The translations under genes and the position numbers were made by a program. A model generated the notes under the pieces. The model had not been told where the DNA came from and did no database searches. It saw only the letters and a program-made list of their open reading frames with translations. From contig NW_027362765.1 in the NCBI RefSeq assembly GCF_046119375.1, positions 129,580,001 to 129,644,000 on the forward strand: 64,000 nucleotides of DNA. The letters run 5' to 3'. This DNA comes from Phyllobates terribilis. Taxonomy: Eukaryota. How positions within the stretch are numbered: position 1 is the stretch's first letter; each line of letters begins with the position of its first letter. Below are positions 14,771 through 26,083 of this stretch, piece by piece.

Positions 14771-16347
14771 CACTGCTCAAAAAAATAAAGGGAACACTTA
14801 AACAACAGAATACAACTCTAAATAGATCAAACTTCTGTGAAATCAAACTGTCCACTTAGGAAGCAACACTGATTGACAATCAATTCCACATGCTGTTGTG
14901 CAAATGGAATAGACAATAGATGGAAATTATTGGCAATTATCAAGACACACTCAATAAAAGGAGTGGTTCTGCAGGTGGGGACCACAGGCCACATCTCAGT
15001 ACCAATGCTTTCTGGCTGATGTTTTGGTCACTTTTGAATGTTGGTTGTGCTTTCACACTCGTGGTAGCATGAGACGGACTCTACAACCCACAGAGGTTGC
15101 TCAGGTAGTGCAGCTCATCCAGGATGGCACATCAATGCGAGCTGTGGCAAGAAGGTTTGCTGTGTCTGTCAGTGTAGTGTCCAGAGGCTGGAGGCGCTAC
15201 CAGGAGACAGGCCAGTACACCAGGAGACGTGGAGGGGGCCTTAGGAGGGCAACAACCCAGCAGCAGGACCGCTACCTCCGCCTTTGTGCAAGGAGGAACA
15301 GGAGGAGCACTGCCAGAGCCCTGCAAAATGACCTCCAGCAGGCCACAAATGTGCACGTGTCTGCACAAACAGTTAGAAACTAACTCCATGATGGTGGTAT
15401 GAGGGCCCGACGTCCACAGATGGGGGTTGTGCTCACAGCCCAACACCGTGCAGGACGCTTGGCATTTGCCACAGAACACCAGGATTGGCAAAGTCGCCAC
15501 TGGCGCTCTGTGCTCTTCACAGATGAAAGCAGGTTCACACTGAGCACATGTGACAGACGTGGCAGAGTCTGGAGACGCCGTGGAGAGCGATCTGCTGCCT
15601 GCAACATCCTTCAGCATGACCGGTTTGGCAGTGGGTCAGTAATGGTGTGGGGTGGCATTTCTTTGGAGGGCCGCACAGCCCTCCATGTGCTCGCCAGAGG
15701 TAGCCTGACTGCCATTAGGTACCGAGATGAGATCCTCAGACCCCTTGTGAGACCATATGCTGGTGCAGTTGGCCCTGGGTTCCTCCTAATGCAGGACAAT
15801 GCCAGACCTCATGTGGCTGGAGTGTGTCAGCAGTTCCTGCAAGATGAAGGCATTGAAGCTATGGACTGGCCCGCCCGTTCCCCAGACCTGAATCCGATTG
15901 AGCACATCTGGGGCATCATGTCTCGCTCCATCCACCAACGTTGCACCACAGACTGTCCAGGAGTTGGCGGATGCTTTAGTCCAGGTCTGGGAGGAGACCC
16001 CACAGGAGACCATCCGCAACCTCATCAGGAGCATGCCCAGGCATTGTAGGGAGGTTACACAGGCACGTGGAGGCCACACACAATACTGAGCCTCATTTTG
16101 ACTTGTTTTAAGGACATTCCATCAAAGTTGGATCAGCCTGCAGTGTGTTTTTCCACTTTAATTTTGGGGGTGACTCCAAATCCAGGCCTCCATTGGTTAA
16201 TGAATTTGATTTCCATTGATGATTTTTGTGTGATTTTGTTGTCAGCACATTCAACTTTGTACAGAACAAAGTATTCAATGAGAATATTTCATTCATTCAG
16301 ATCTAGGATGTGGTATTTGAGTGTTCCCTTTATTTTTTTGAGCAGTG
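14771..16347 (+). mobile_element. Tc1 DNA transposon, DD34E, full length but inactivated
   Basis: Perfect 28-bp TIRs CACTGCTCAAAAAAATAAAGGGAACACT, with TA on both sides (14769-70, 16348-49). Confidence 0.95.
15069..16089 (+). pseudogene. Tc1 transposase pseudogene (DD34E)
   Basis: [10 protein letters not shown]... with an in-frame TAA at 15381-83. Motifs FTDESRF, MQDNARPH, SPDLNPIE (34 spacing). A frameshift near 15940 precedes the ...QARGGHTQY* end. Confidence 0.9.
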
Positions 16348-16879
16348 TATATGGGGCCATTCACATGTTCATGATTTATTGTGAACCGAGCAATCCACAG
16401 AATATCATGGAGACATACGATTTTAATCCAAGGGTCAGATTACATTCAAGTGCGGTCAGATTTTCAAAAACTGTCAGAAAAGAGAAGGTGGAGAAACTTT
16501 TTTGTTCCCCCACATATACGAGAAAAAGTGTTGATACTCGGACCACAGATTATATATAAATATATATAATCTATCTAGATAGATATTGTAATTGGTCGGT
16601 TTTTCTTGTATGTGAGAAAAACTGATGTCTGAATGAGGCCTAACACTGTAGGACCTTTGCTGATGAAGGTCCTCAATAAATATGTTCTGTGGAAATGTAG
16701 TATAAGAATAAAGTATTATTTTTGGGGGATGAAGATTCCCCCCTCTAACCACAGTGACACACATTACTTATCTATGTGATATGTTTTTATTAAAGCACCA
16801 TTCCAGCATGTATTTTTTCAGTGCTGGAGTGGTGCTTCTAATTTAAGGTCCATCCTTAACTCTGCTGCCTGACTAGTTC

Positions 16880-17466
16880 ATCTCTCGCCTCACTACTCCT
16901 CTGCTTCCCCCCTTTGCAAATCCCTTCACTGGCTCCCAATTGCCCAGCGTATCCAGTTCAAACTACTAACACTGACCTACAAAGCCATCCATAACCTTTC
17001 TCCTCCGTACATCTCTGAACTAATCACCCGATGTATTCCCTCACGTAACCTCCGGTCCTCCCAAAACCTCCTTCTCTCCGCCACACTTATTCGTTCCTCA
17101 CGCAATTGCCTCCAAGATTTCTCCCAAATATCCCCCATCCTCTGGCATTCTGTGCCTCAACACGTCCGATTATCTGCCACACTTGGATCCTTCAGACGGA
17201 ATCTGAAAACCCATCTTTTCAAACAAGCTTACAGCCTGCCATGACCACGCTGCCTCCTCAACAACACCGGAGCTCTGCAACCCCCCAACCTACGGCCTCC
17301 CTCCACATCCTGTAGAATGTAAGCCCGCAAGGGCAGGGTCCTCTTCCCTCTGTACCAGTCTATCATCGTTAGTTTATTTATTGTAAGTGATATCTGTATT
17401 TGGTATGTAACCGCTTCTTATGTACAGCACCATGGAATCAATGGCACTATATAAATAATAATAATA
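16880..17466 (+). mobile_element. L2-clade LINE 3' fragment
   Basis: Translates to LCKSLHWLPIAQRIQFKLLTLTYKAIHNLSPPYISELI..LKTHLFKQAY, typical of the L2 ORF2 C-terminus. Ends in an (AAT)n tail. Confidence 0.8.
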
Positions 17467-18188
17467 TTAATGTCCCTGATAATAGTCTTATACTTCCCCA
17501 CCTTCTATAGCTCCAGTCCCACGGCGCCATCTTGTGATCGCAACTTCTAACTCACCAGAGGGTAACGGTCACAAGCTCTCAATGCAAATCTTTGAGAGCC
17601 ACCACGAGGCTGTCATAGATTTGTATTGAAAAGTGACCTCCGGCTTGATCCGGAAGGTCACATCCTGCTGAAGACCAATGGGAGCAGGCAGTGCCGATAG
17701 AAGGTGAAGATAGCAGCTGGTAAGTATAAGACACAGGGACCTTAGACTAGTAGCACCACTCCTGTGCTGCAATAAAAAAAAAAAAAAAAAAACCCTGCTA
17801 GAGTGCTGCTTTATAGGGGTTTCCAGTTTTGTGGAATTAAAACTTAATCCGTGTACCACAATCAGCTTTAACCATTTTGAGGAATTCTGCTTGTTCTCAG
17901 TGAATTGGGTAGGCCCAGATCGTGCAGCCAAGGCCCCACGCCGTCTGGTTACATCCTCAGGGTTTATCCAAATTGGCATCTACTAAAGGAATATAATTAA
18001 AGGGGTTATCTACTTTCGTCTTTTTTTTTAGACTGCTAATCTGATGCCATCCCCTGCGATCATTTAATGGTGGGAGAACCTGGCAGCAGCTCGCACCACT
18101 TAAATACTGGCCAGAATACTGCCATGTAAATGAGGCCTAATAGGAAAGGGTTCTGAATGGTGATGCATCTGCTATTGTTAATAGCCTA

Positions 18189-18230
<42 letters not shown>

Positions 18231-19548
18231 TTTGTTTGTTTGTTTTACAGCCTCCATAATGAATGAATATAGATATTTATAAATATTTATCTTACTGCTT
18301 AACAAACATACAGATATGACTAGTAGTACGGAAACCACAATTAATTGACTACATTTTTGCTCCACGTAGTAAAGGGACTCTGTCAGCACAGAATGACTGT
18401 TTAAACCCAGTACAGGCGCACGGTGCATCAGGGCAGGGCCAAATATATATGTGCACCTTCCCACCTACTTGCTTTTCCTTTATCTCCACTGCCCTCTTCT
18501 TTGATTGACATCTCTGGCTTCATAGATACAGAGAAGAACAGAGATAGATGGAAACCAGCAGGTGGAACCGTTCAGTTAAAGGGAGTCTGTCAGCCTGGAA
18601 TGACTGTTCAAACCCAGTACAGGCGCTCGGTGCATCATATCCGAGCAAACATTTAAAAATAAATGGATGGGGAGCGTTTCTCTAAGGCATGTTACCGCAC
18701 CTGGCAGATTCTGTAAGGCTTTTCCATCAGAATTTGTGGGCCGTAAATGGATGAAATGTTACAAATTCTCTTGTGGTATTGTCTGCAGCTGGCATTCACC
18801 TGCAATATGGATTTTCAAGATGGAGCATGTCTATTATTCTGCCAATATTATATTTTGCAATCCACAGGGTCAAATCCAAGGCAACTGTGTAAGGCCATGT
18901 TCACACATTCAGTATTTGTAAGCTAAAAGCAGGAGTGGGTGATAACTGCTGCAGTGGCGACGTGTTTCTATTATACTTCTCCTCTGATTGGTCAGTATTT
19001 TACCTCTGGTATATGTAAGCCAAATCCAGGAGTGGAACAAATACTGATAGGCCACATTCACACTAACAAATGACTGACTGAATGTTGTGTGGAAGATTTG
19101 GAAGTGTAAAAGTACCCAAAGGCTACAGTCTCACAATGTGCTTTTAAAATTTTTAATCTTGCAGAATTTCTGCACCTATCATTTAAATTACGTGCATATT
19201 TTTATTGCATTTTTTTTTTTACATTTGTTTATCACATTTTTGGTGTGCTATGATTTAAATAAAGCTGCTTTGTTTTTTAATCTTCCTGGTATTTGGCTTT
19301 GACAATTTTATCGATATTTAAAGGGGTTTTCCCATGAAAAAAAAGTTGAGTTTAAGCAATAGATCTTGGTATAATAACGTCCACAATTGGATGTGTTTAT
19401 CTTAGCACAGGGACATTTTATTTAAAGGGTTATTCCCATCTCCAAGATCTTATCCCAATATGTAGTAGGTGTAATAATATTAGCAAATACCTACAAATAG
19501 AAATGTATAGTTTTTCTGATTCGCTATGTCTCTTTCCTTATGTGCAGG

Positions 19549-20551
19549 TGTGACACCCCAGGGGTCTGGTTGCCACAGTGATAGAGATATTACGTCTGAG
19601 AGCAGGTGGGAGGTCCTTTGGTCAGGGATCCTGTGCATGCGACACCTCCTGCCCAGTCTTGGGAGGGGAAGGACTTCCCCTATATAAACCCGGGGCTGAG
19701 GCAGAGTTAGGGAGAAAGAAGACAGAACAAGAGTAGAGAAGAGAAGCAGCATAGCAAGAAACATCAGGAGCTCTGTGGGGAGCAGTGTTACAAGGAGTCA
19801 GGGGCTGGCAGCTACAGAGCTCGCCCTGACTGAGAAGATTTCTTACCGGACCCGGAGTCCGAGGCTGTGGGGACTAACTCCTACCCAGCAGCAGAAACCG
19901 TCCGGCAGAGGATTTCAGGTCCTCTGGCCCAGAAGCCCGAAGGCACGGTCACACGCGTGGGACCAGCACCGCCATCGTGGAGCGGAAGCCATTAGAAGGC
20001 CCCGAGTCACCGGCCATACGGGTGAGCACCACACGGTACACTCAGGGACGTGGGCTACTTATTCCCGCCTCTAGCAAGGTAGCCAGAAGAGTACAGTTAG
20101 TTGGGAAGGCCTACAACTCCGCCTGGCCAGGGGAGATCCCATCTGCTCAAGGACTGACCAGGCCCCTATCACTAGCAAGTACTCCGGGAGGGTCTATCTT
20201 TGTCACCAGTAAAGACCCTGAACTACACCGCACCGTTTCTGAGTGGTTCCTGCTACCCCCATCATCCACGTCGGCTGCCCTGAGGCCATACCCCTCCCGT
20301 TGGGGGTTATACCATCCACGCTGCACCATCCTTCCACCGGCCTCAGTGGTCTGCCCTGCAGCGGCAGCTCCATAGCTGCATTCAACGGGTGGCGTAGTCA
20401 CCAACCATCTACTGCTAGTACATCGCCGCTCAGTTTGACTCCCTGGGCGCGGACCGGGTCGCCGCCACGAGACTACAACCCTCAAGAGATCCGGCTCCGG
20501 GTAAGCTCCCGCGTGCGCAACGCAGCGCGACACAGGCCCAGGGGCGCGTCA
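19549..20551 (+). repeat. Gypsy 5' LTR (1003 bp, TG..CA)
   Basis: Direct repeat of 26433-27416. TATATAAA at 19681; AGTAAA at 20208. Confidence 0.93.
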
Positions 20552-20555
20552 ACTT

Positions 20556-20573
20556 TGGCGTAGTCGGCAGGAT
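20556..20573 (+). promoter_or_regulatory. Primer-binding site complementary to tRNA-Ser
   Basis: TGGCGTAGTCGGCAGGAT is the reverse complement of the vertebrate tRNA-Ser 3' end (..ATCCTGCCGACTACG-CCA); it lies 4 nt after the LTR. Confidence 0.92.
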
Positions 20574-20990
20574 TTCGTGCCCGCAACCACCGGGTACTGC
20601 GTGCCTGAAAGAGACTTTTCAAACTTACCTGTGGTGAAGATTCCCGCCATCCGGCGCCATCTTTAGCCTTCTTCCCGCCATCGGTGAAGTTTCCCGCCAT
20701 CCGGCGCCATCTTCTGCCTTCTTCCCGCCATCCGTGGAGTTTTCCCGCCATTGGACGCCATCTTGAGGACGCCGCGCGGGAAGAAGAGGGGCGTGGACTC
20801 CGAAAGCGCGCGAGAACTGAAGCCCCGCCTCACGTCCGGACGTTGCGTAAGGTCCTGGAAGGAGCCCAGCAGACGCCGACGTCACAGGAGCGCGACGGAA
20901 GGTCCTCAACCCTGACGATCCACTGCGGAGCCGCGGCCTACGGAAGAGGATCATCGCAAGGTAGGTCACGGTCCACTAGGGGGGAGGAAG

Positions 20991-21971
20991 ATGTCGGATA
21001 CGGAGGAGAGCTTCACTGCCTCAACCCCCGCCAGCGCTACCGCTGCTGCAGTTATGCCCTTCACCATGCCCTATATCCCGGGAGCAGCTTGGCTACCCCA
21101 GTACTCAGGGGAGTCACATACCCTGCATGACTTTAGAGAAAAGCTGGATAGCCTCTTCCAGGTGTACCCCCTCACAGAAGAGCAAAAAGTGAGCATCCTG
21201 GTGGCCCAACTAACCGGGGCAGCCAAAAGGGAAGTAAAATCCTGGCCACCTGGGAGGAAGACTGTCGCAGGGATACTAACCCGGCTGAAGGACACCTTTG
21301 ATACCCGCACCTCAGCCGAGATTAAGCTTAGATTCTATGGGTGCAAGCAGCGAGCGCATGAGAGTATAAGGGACTATGCACTAAACCTACAAGAGGCCCT
21401 GAGGGCCATAAAGCAGACCGACCCTGATGGGGTGGGAAACGAGGACAGGCTGTTGACTGAACAATTTATAGAGGGTTTATATTGCAATGCCCACCGAACC
21501 CAGTTGCGGGCAATGGCCTTACAGGATCCCCATCTGGACTTTGCACAGTTCAAGGACAGAGCCATCCGGGTGCTCCGAGAACCGGCACCGGGTGGCGTTG
21601 TGACCCACAGGCGCCCAGCTATCACTTACCACCAGGAGGCGGCGCCCTTGTCGGCAGGGCCTGTGGGAGCTGATGCGCAGGCTTTGGACAATGACCCGGC
21701 TCCAGACCTACGCCATCAGGTCCAAGAGCTAGCTAAGAGCGTTGCTGCGCTAACCCGAACTGTGCAGTCTTTACAGGTTTCCACCCCAGGGAAGATCCAG
21801 CTGGCATCCGGACCGGAGGACATCCCGTGGCGTCGACCAAGGAGGACCCCACCGGCCAGAGGAAGACCCAGTGACCGATACAGCGAGGACGGACGACCCA
21901 TCTGCCGCCGCTGCAATCAACCCGGACATATGGAAAGGTACTGTTCTTTAAACGGGCACAACCTGGGGTAG
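20991..21971 (+). CDS. gag: Gypsy Gag (326 aa)
   Basis: Capsid-like region (PQYSGE..LTGAAKREV..KQRAHESIRDY..FIEGL) and CX2CX4HX4C knuckle CRRCNQPGHMERYC. Confidence 0.93.
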   Translation: MSDTEESFTASTPASATAAAVMPFTMPYIPGAAWLPQYSGESHTLHDFREKLDSLFQVYPLTEEQKVSILVAQLTGAAKREVKSWPPGRKTVAGILTRLKDTFDTRTSAEIKLRFYGCKQRAHESIRDYALNLQEALRAIKQTDPDGVGNEDRLLTEQFIEGLYCNAHRTQLRAMALQDPHLDFAQFKDRAIRVLREPAPGGVVTHRRPAITYHQEAAPLSAGPVGADAQALDNDPAPDLRHQVQELAKSVAALTRTVQSLQVSTPGKIQLASGPEDIPWRRPRRTPPARGRPSDRYSEDGRPICRRCNQPGHMERYCSLNGHNLG

Positions 21972-24900
21972 AGGGCCAACCCCCAGGAAAAAGATCACCA
22001 GGCCCATCGAACTGGCGCGACAGATATGTGGGAGGACGTCCAGTCTTGCCTGTGGTACTGGATGGCATTCCCATGAGTGCCCTACTGGACACCGGGTCAC
22101 AGGTCACCACTATCCCGTACGTGCTCTTTAAGCAGTACTGGAATGACTCGGATATTACCCGCTACCCTGACGACGACTTGAGTATCATCGCCAGCAATGG
22201 CCAGCCCGTGCCACAGATCGGATTTAAAGAGGTGACCATCAAAATCGGTAGAGTCGAACTGGCAGCACAGGGACTGATCATTGTAGACATTGACAAACAT
22301 GAGAGCCACCCAAAAATAACTCTAGGAACTAATGTAATTGAGAATTGTCTTGCAGAGGTGATTTTCCTTCTACAGCAGGTTGCCAAGAACGCCAGCTCCG
22401 GCGAGCAGCGAGTGCTCCAGAAAGAGATCCGGGCACTGATGCGACGGCAACAGGTGGAACTCTCCGGCGGTGAGATTGGTAGCGTAAGAATGTGTGACCC
22501 TTTTCCTATTGCCATGCCCCCAAAAAGCGAAATGATGATTTGGTGCCGGGCAGCTATTGGTCTGAGAGGTAGAGATTACCAGGCAATGGTAGAACCAGTT
22601 TACTCAGACAGTAGGCCCACCATTTTGACAGCACGGGGGGTGGTCAATGTACGCCATGGGAGGGTGCCCGTTCGCATAATCAATATCGGGGAGAGGGAAG
22701 TGTACCTGCCCCGGTATGCCACGCTAGCAAAATTATATACCATCAACCAAAACTCTATACAGTCTGTGGAACCCTTGCCTCCATCTCACCCGGAGGAAGG
22801 TAACGGCTCTAAGAAAGTAATGGAGGATTGGTGTCAGCAACTACACTTGGGAACTGACTCCACTCCCTCCCACCAGAAACAGGGAGTCTACCGGGTGGTT
22901 CAAGAGTATGAGAGAGTGTTTAGTAAACACCCGTTAGACTTCAGGCGAGTCAAGGGGGTAGAACACCGCATCCCCACGGGAGATCATCCTCCCATAAAAG
23001 AGAGGTATCGACCCGTACCCCCTGCACATTACCAACACGCCAAGGGGATGCTTAGAGACATGAAGGAGGCTGGGGTAATCCGGGATAGCTGTAGCCCCTG
23101 GGCAGCCCCGCTAGTTTTAGTCAAAAAGAAAGACAACACCATGAGGATGTGTGTAGATTACCGGAAAATCAACCGTATCACACACAAGGATGCGTACCCC
23201 TTACCAAGGATAGAGGAGTCATTGGCTGCTTTAAGATCTGCTAACTTCTTCTCTACCTTGGATCTCACTAGCGGGTACTGGCAGGTTCCTGTAGCAGAGG
23301 CGGACCGGGAGAAGACCGCATTCACCACCCCGATGGGACTTAGTGAGTTCACCTGCATGCCGTTCGGACTCTGCAACGCCCCAGGAACCTTCCAACGATT
23401 AATGGAGTGCTGTCTGGGCCACAGAAACTTCGAGACGGTCCTGTTGTACCTGGACGATGTCATCGTATACTCCAAAACTTATGAGGACCACCTGAAACAC
23501 CTGGCGGAGGTGTTCGAAGCTCTGGCGAGTTACGGCCTAAAGGTGAAACCCTCCAAGTGTCACCTCCTGAAACCAAAGGTGCAGTACCTGGGACACGTGG
23601 TGAGCGCTGACGGAGTGGCTCCCGACCCCGATAAGATCACCGCAATTAAGGGATGGCCAAGCCCCTCCAGCGTAAAAGAAGTGCGGCAGTTCCTCGGGTT
23701 GGTAGGCTACTACCGAAGGTTTATTCCCGGTTTCACCAAAAAGGCAGCGCCTATGCAGGACCTCCTGATAGGCCAGTCCCGGAAGGCCAAGAACCAGAAG
23801 CCGCCCTTCAAATGGGAAGAGCTAGAAGAAGAGTCCTTCCGCCAGCTGAAGATGGCCCTCACGGGGGATGAAATCTTGGCGTACCCGGATTATAGCCAGC
23901 CCTTCATCCTCTACACCGACGCCAGTAACATCGGGCTAGGAGCCGTACTGTCCCAGATCCAGCAGGGGAAAGAACGAGTAATCGCCTACGCCAGCCGAAA
24001 ACTGCGACCCACCGAAAGGAACCCCGAGAATTATAGCTCATTTAAGCTAGAGTTCCTGGCCGTAGTATGGGCAGTCACTGAGCGCTTTAAGCATTACCTT
24101 GCTTCTTCCCGGTTCACCGTGTACACGGATAACAACCCGTTGACACACCTGGACACGGCAAGACTCGGTGCCCTGGAGCAGAGGTGGATGGCCCGTCTGT
24201 CCAACTACGAGTTCATAATCAAATACCGGGCAGGGCGCTCCAATACTAACGCGGACGCCCTGTCCAGGATGCCCAACCTGCCAGACGAAGGAGAAGATCC
24301 GGAGGGACTGGAAGAAATTGAACTCCCTGCGTTCCACCGTCATGGGACTATCCAGTATTCCCACCGGGTAAGGAGTAAGCAGGCTGCTACGTTGAACCCC
24401 TTACCTCACTACAACTGGGCGGAAACGCAAGACAGCGACCCTGCCGTCCGACTGGTGAAGGAGATGCTGACTCGGCCGGAGGCTCGCCTTGAACCAGACG
24501 CTCCGGAGGAAGCCAAACAACTATGGGCAGAGAAGAGTCGACTGTTCCTTTACAAAGGGAAGTTGTGCCGCAGAATGGTTAACTTCCGGACGCATGAATT
24601 ACTCTGGCAAGTAGTGGTGCCACGAAGAGACGCAGCCATGGTGATGGAGGCATACCACGACGGAGCTGGACACTTCGGGTGGAAGAAGCTGGAGTTCCTG
24701 CTGCGCGAGCGATTCCACTGGGTAGGCATGAGGGGAACCATTGAGAAGTGGTGCAGAGACTGTGGCCCGTGCAACCTGAGAAGGAAGGACCGCGCCAGCC
24801 AGAAGACTCCCCTGCAGTCCATCGTCACCCGGCAACCGTTGGAACTGGTAGCCTTGGATCATGTAAAACTGACCCCAAGCAGAAGTGGCTACGTCTACGC

Positions 24901-26083
24901 GTTAACCATCGTGGATCATTACTCCCGGTTTCTGGTTGTCGTCCCCGTCAAGGACTTAACGGCTCAAACAGCAGCTAGAGCCTTCCAGCAGCACTTTTGC
25001 CGTCCACACGGGTACCCGGACCAAGTGCTGACGGACCAGGGACCTGCCTTTGAAGCGGAGGTCTTCCAGGAATTCTGCAATCTGTATGGCTGCCGGAAGA
25101 TAAGGACGACACCCTACCATCCGCAGACTAATGGACTTTGTGAAAAAATGAACCAGGTGGTAATGGATCTTCTAAAAACATTGCCCCTGGAAGAACGCAG
25201 TCTGTGGCCTGAAAAGTTGCCCGATCTGGTGGACCTATACAACCACATCCCGGTAGGTTCCACCAACTGTACCCCGGCTTACCTAATGAGGGCAAGACCT
25301 GGTAAGTTACCTGTTGACCTGGAAATGGGAGTCCTGACACCCGAGGACACTTCACCAGAAACAGACTGGGACACGGAGAGGCAGCAGCAGTACCGGAGAG
25401 TACAGGAGAGCGTGGAGCGAAGTCTCTGTCAGGCTAGGGAAAGACAAGAGAAAACTTACAACCAGTATGCTCCCGCTGTTCCCCTGGTACCCGGAGAGCA
25501 GGTCTTGAAGAGGAAGAGACGGCTCCACAAGTTGGACGACCAGTGGGAGAAGGACCCGTACACCGTACTGCCCTCAAGCCACGAAAACCCGAAGGTCTGT
25601 ACCATCAGTAAAGACGGAGGGGAAACCACAGCCATTGTATCCCGGGACCACCTGAAGAAGTGTCCCGAACAACTGAGGAACCCTGAAGAGGAACAAGAAG
25701 ACCATCGACCCGTAGAGGAAAGGGAAGATATGGTTAGTACCGTGCTCGGGGACTTCCCTCGGTCTTGGACTCAAGTCAATGGTGCAGTTGTGGTACCCGT
25801 ACTCACCTTCCTCCAACCATCATCCCAAGAACCTACGGAGCAACCGGTAGAGCTGGAAGAACAGCCGGTCCAGGAGGCAGAAGACTCTACACAAGCAGAC
25901 CAGGAAAATCAACCCTCTGCTTATAGTGAGCATGCCATACCCCTAGTGAGCCAGAGGGCCCATGGACAGCTGCCCAGTTTACCCTTGGCAGCTCCTACAC
26001 CCTGTAGTTCAGGGCCAGACAGTCAGCTCCGTAGGTCCACTAGGGCCACTAGAGGCCAGCTACCCGCACGTTGGAGGATCTAA
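21947..26083 (+). CDS. pol: Gypsy Pol, expressed by -1 frameshift from gag (ORF track 22028-26083, 1351 aa)
   Basis: Protease LDTGS, RT YLDD, RNase H YTDAS..EFLAV..TDNNPL, integrase HHCC plus D,D,E (ALDHV, TDQG, LCEKMN). The -1 frame is open from slippery TTTAAAC at 21947. Confidence 0.95.
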   Translation, partial: FKRAQPGVEGQPPGKRSPGPSNWRDRYVGGRPVLPVVLDGIPMSALLDTGSQVTTIPYVLFKQYWNDSDITRYPDDDLSIIASNGQPVPQIGFKEVTIKIGRVELAAQGLIIVDIDKHESHPKITLGTNVIENCLAEVIFLLQQVAKNASSGEQRVLQKEIRALMRRQQVELSGGEIGSVRMCDPFPIAMPPKSEMMIWCRAAIGLRGRDYQAMVEPVYSDSRPTILTARGVVNVRHGRVPVRIINIGEREVYLPRYATLAKLYTINQNSIQSVEPLPPSHPEEGNGSKKVMEDWCQQLHLGTDSTPSHQKQGVYRVVQEYERVFSKHPLDFRRVKGVEHRIPTGDHPPIKERYRPVPPAHYQHAKGMLRDMKEAGVIRDSCSPWAAPLVLVKKKDNTMRMCVDYRKINRITHKDAYPLPRIEESLAALRSANFFSTLDLTSGYWQVPVAEADREKTAFTTPMGLSEFTCMPFGLCNAPGTFQRLMECCLGHRNFETVLLYLDDVIVYSKTYEDHLKHLAEVFEALASYGLKVKPSKCHLLKPKVQYLGHVVSADGVAPDPDKITAIKGWPSPSSVKEVRQFLGLVGYYRRFIPGFTKKAAPMQDLLIGQSRKAKNQKPPFKWEELEEESFRQLKMALTGDEILAYPDYSQPFILYTDASNIGLGAVLSQIQQGKERVIAYASRKLRPTERNPENYSSFKLEFLAVVWAVTERFKHYLASSRFTVYTDNNPLTHLDTARLGALEQRWMARLSNYEFIIKYRAGRSNTNADALSRMPNLPDEGEDPEGLEEIELPAFHRHGTIQYSHRVRSKQAATLNPLPHYNWAETQDSDPAVRLVKEMLTRPEARLEPDAPEEAKQLWAEKSRLFLYKGKLCRRMVNFRTHELLWQVVVPRRDAAMVMEAYHDGAGHFGWKKLEFLLRERFHWVGMRGTIEKWCRDCGPCNLRRKDRASQKTPLQSIVTRQPLELVALDHVKLTPSRSGYVYALTIVDHYSRFLVVVPVKDLTAQTAARAFQQHFCRPHGYPDQVLTDQGPAFEAEVFQEFCNLYGCRKIRTTPYHPQTNGLCEKMNQVVMDLLKTLPLEERSLWPEKLPDLVDLYNHIPVGSTNCTPAYLMRARPGKLPVDLEMGVLTPEDTSPETDWDTERQQQYRRVQESVERSLCQARERQEKTYNQYAPAVPLVPGEQVLKRKRRLHKLDDQWEKDPYTVLPSSHENPKVCTISKDGGETTAIVSRDHLKKCPEQLRNPEEEQEDHRPVEEREDMVSTVLGDFPRSWTQVNGAVVVPVLTFLQPSSQEPTEQPVELEEQPVQEAEDSTQADQENQPSAYSEHAIPLVSQRAHGQLPSLPLAAPTPCSSGPDSQLRRSTRATRGQLPARWRI

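Noticed and set aside
16650-16675. Hammerhead ribozyme core at CTGATGA
   Set aside because: It sits in a simple hairpin (AGGACCT..AGGTCCT) with no GAAA and three-stem arrangement nearby.
19775-20563. 99-132 aa ORFs inside the Gypsy LTRs (also 26659-27459) and the 148-aa leader ORF 20684-21130
   Set aside because: They appear twice only because the LTRs are duplicated. The sequence is GC-rich and no domain is recognisable.
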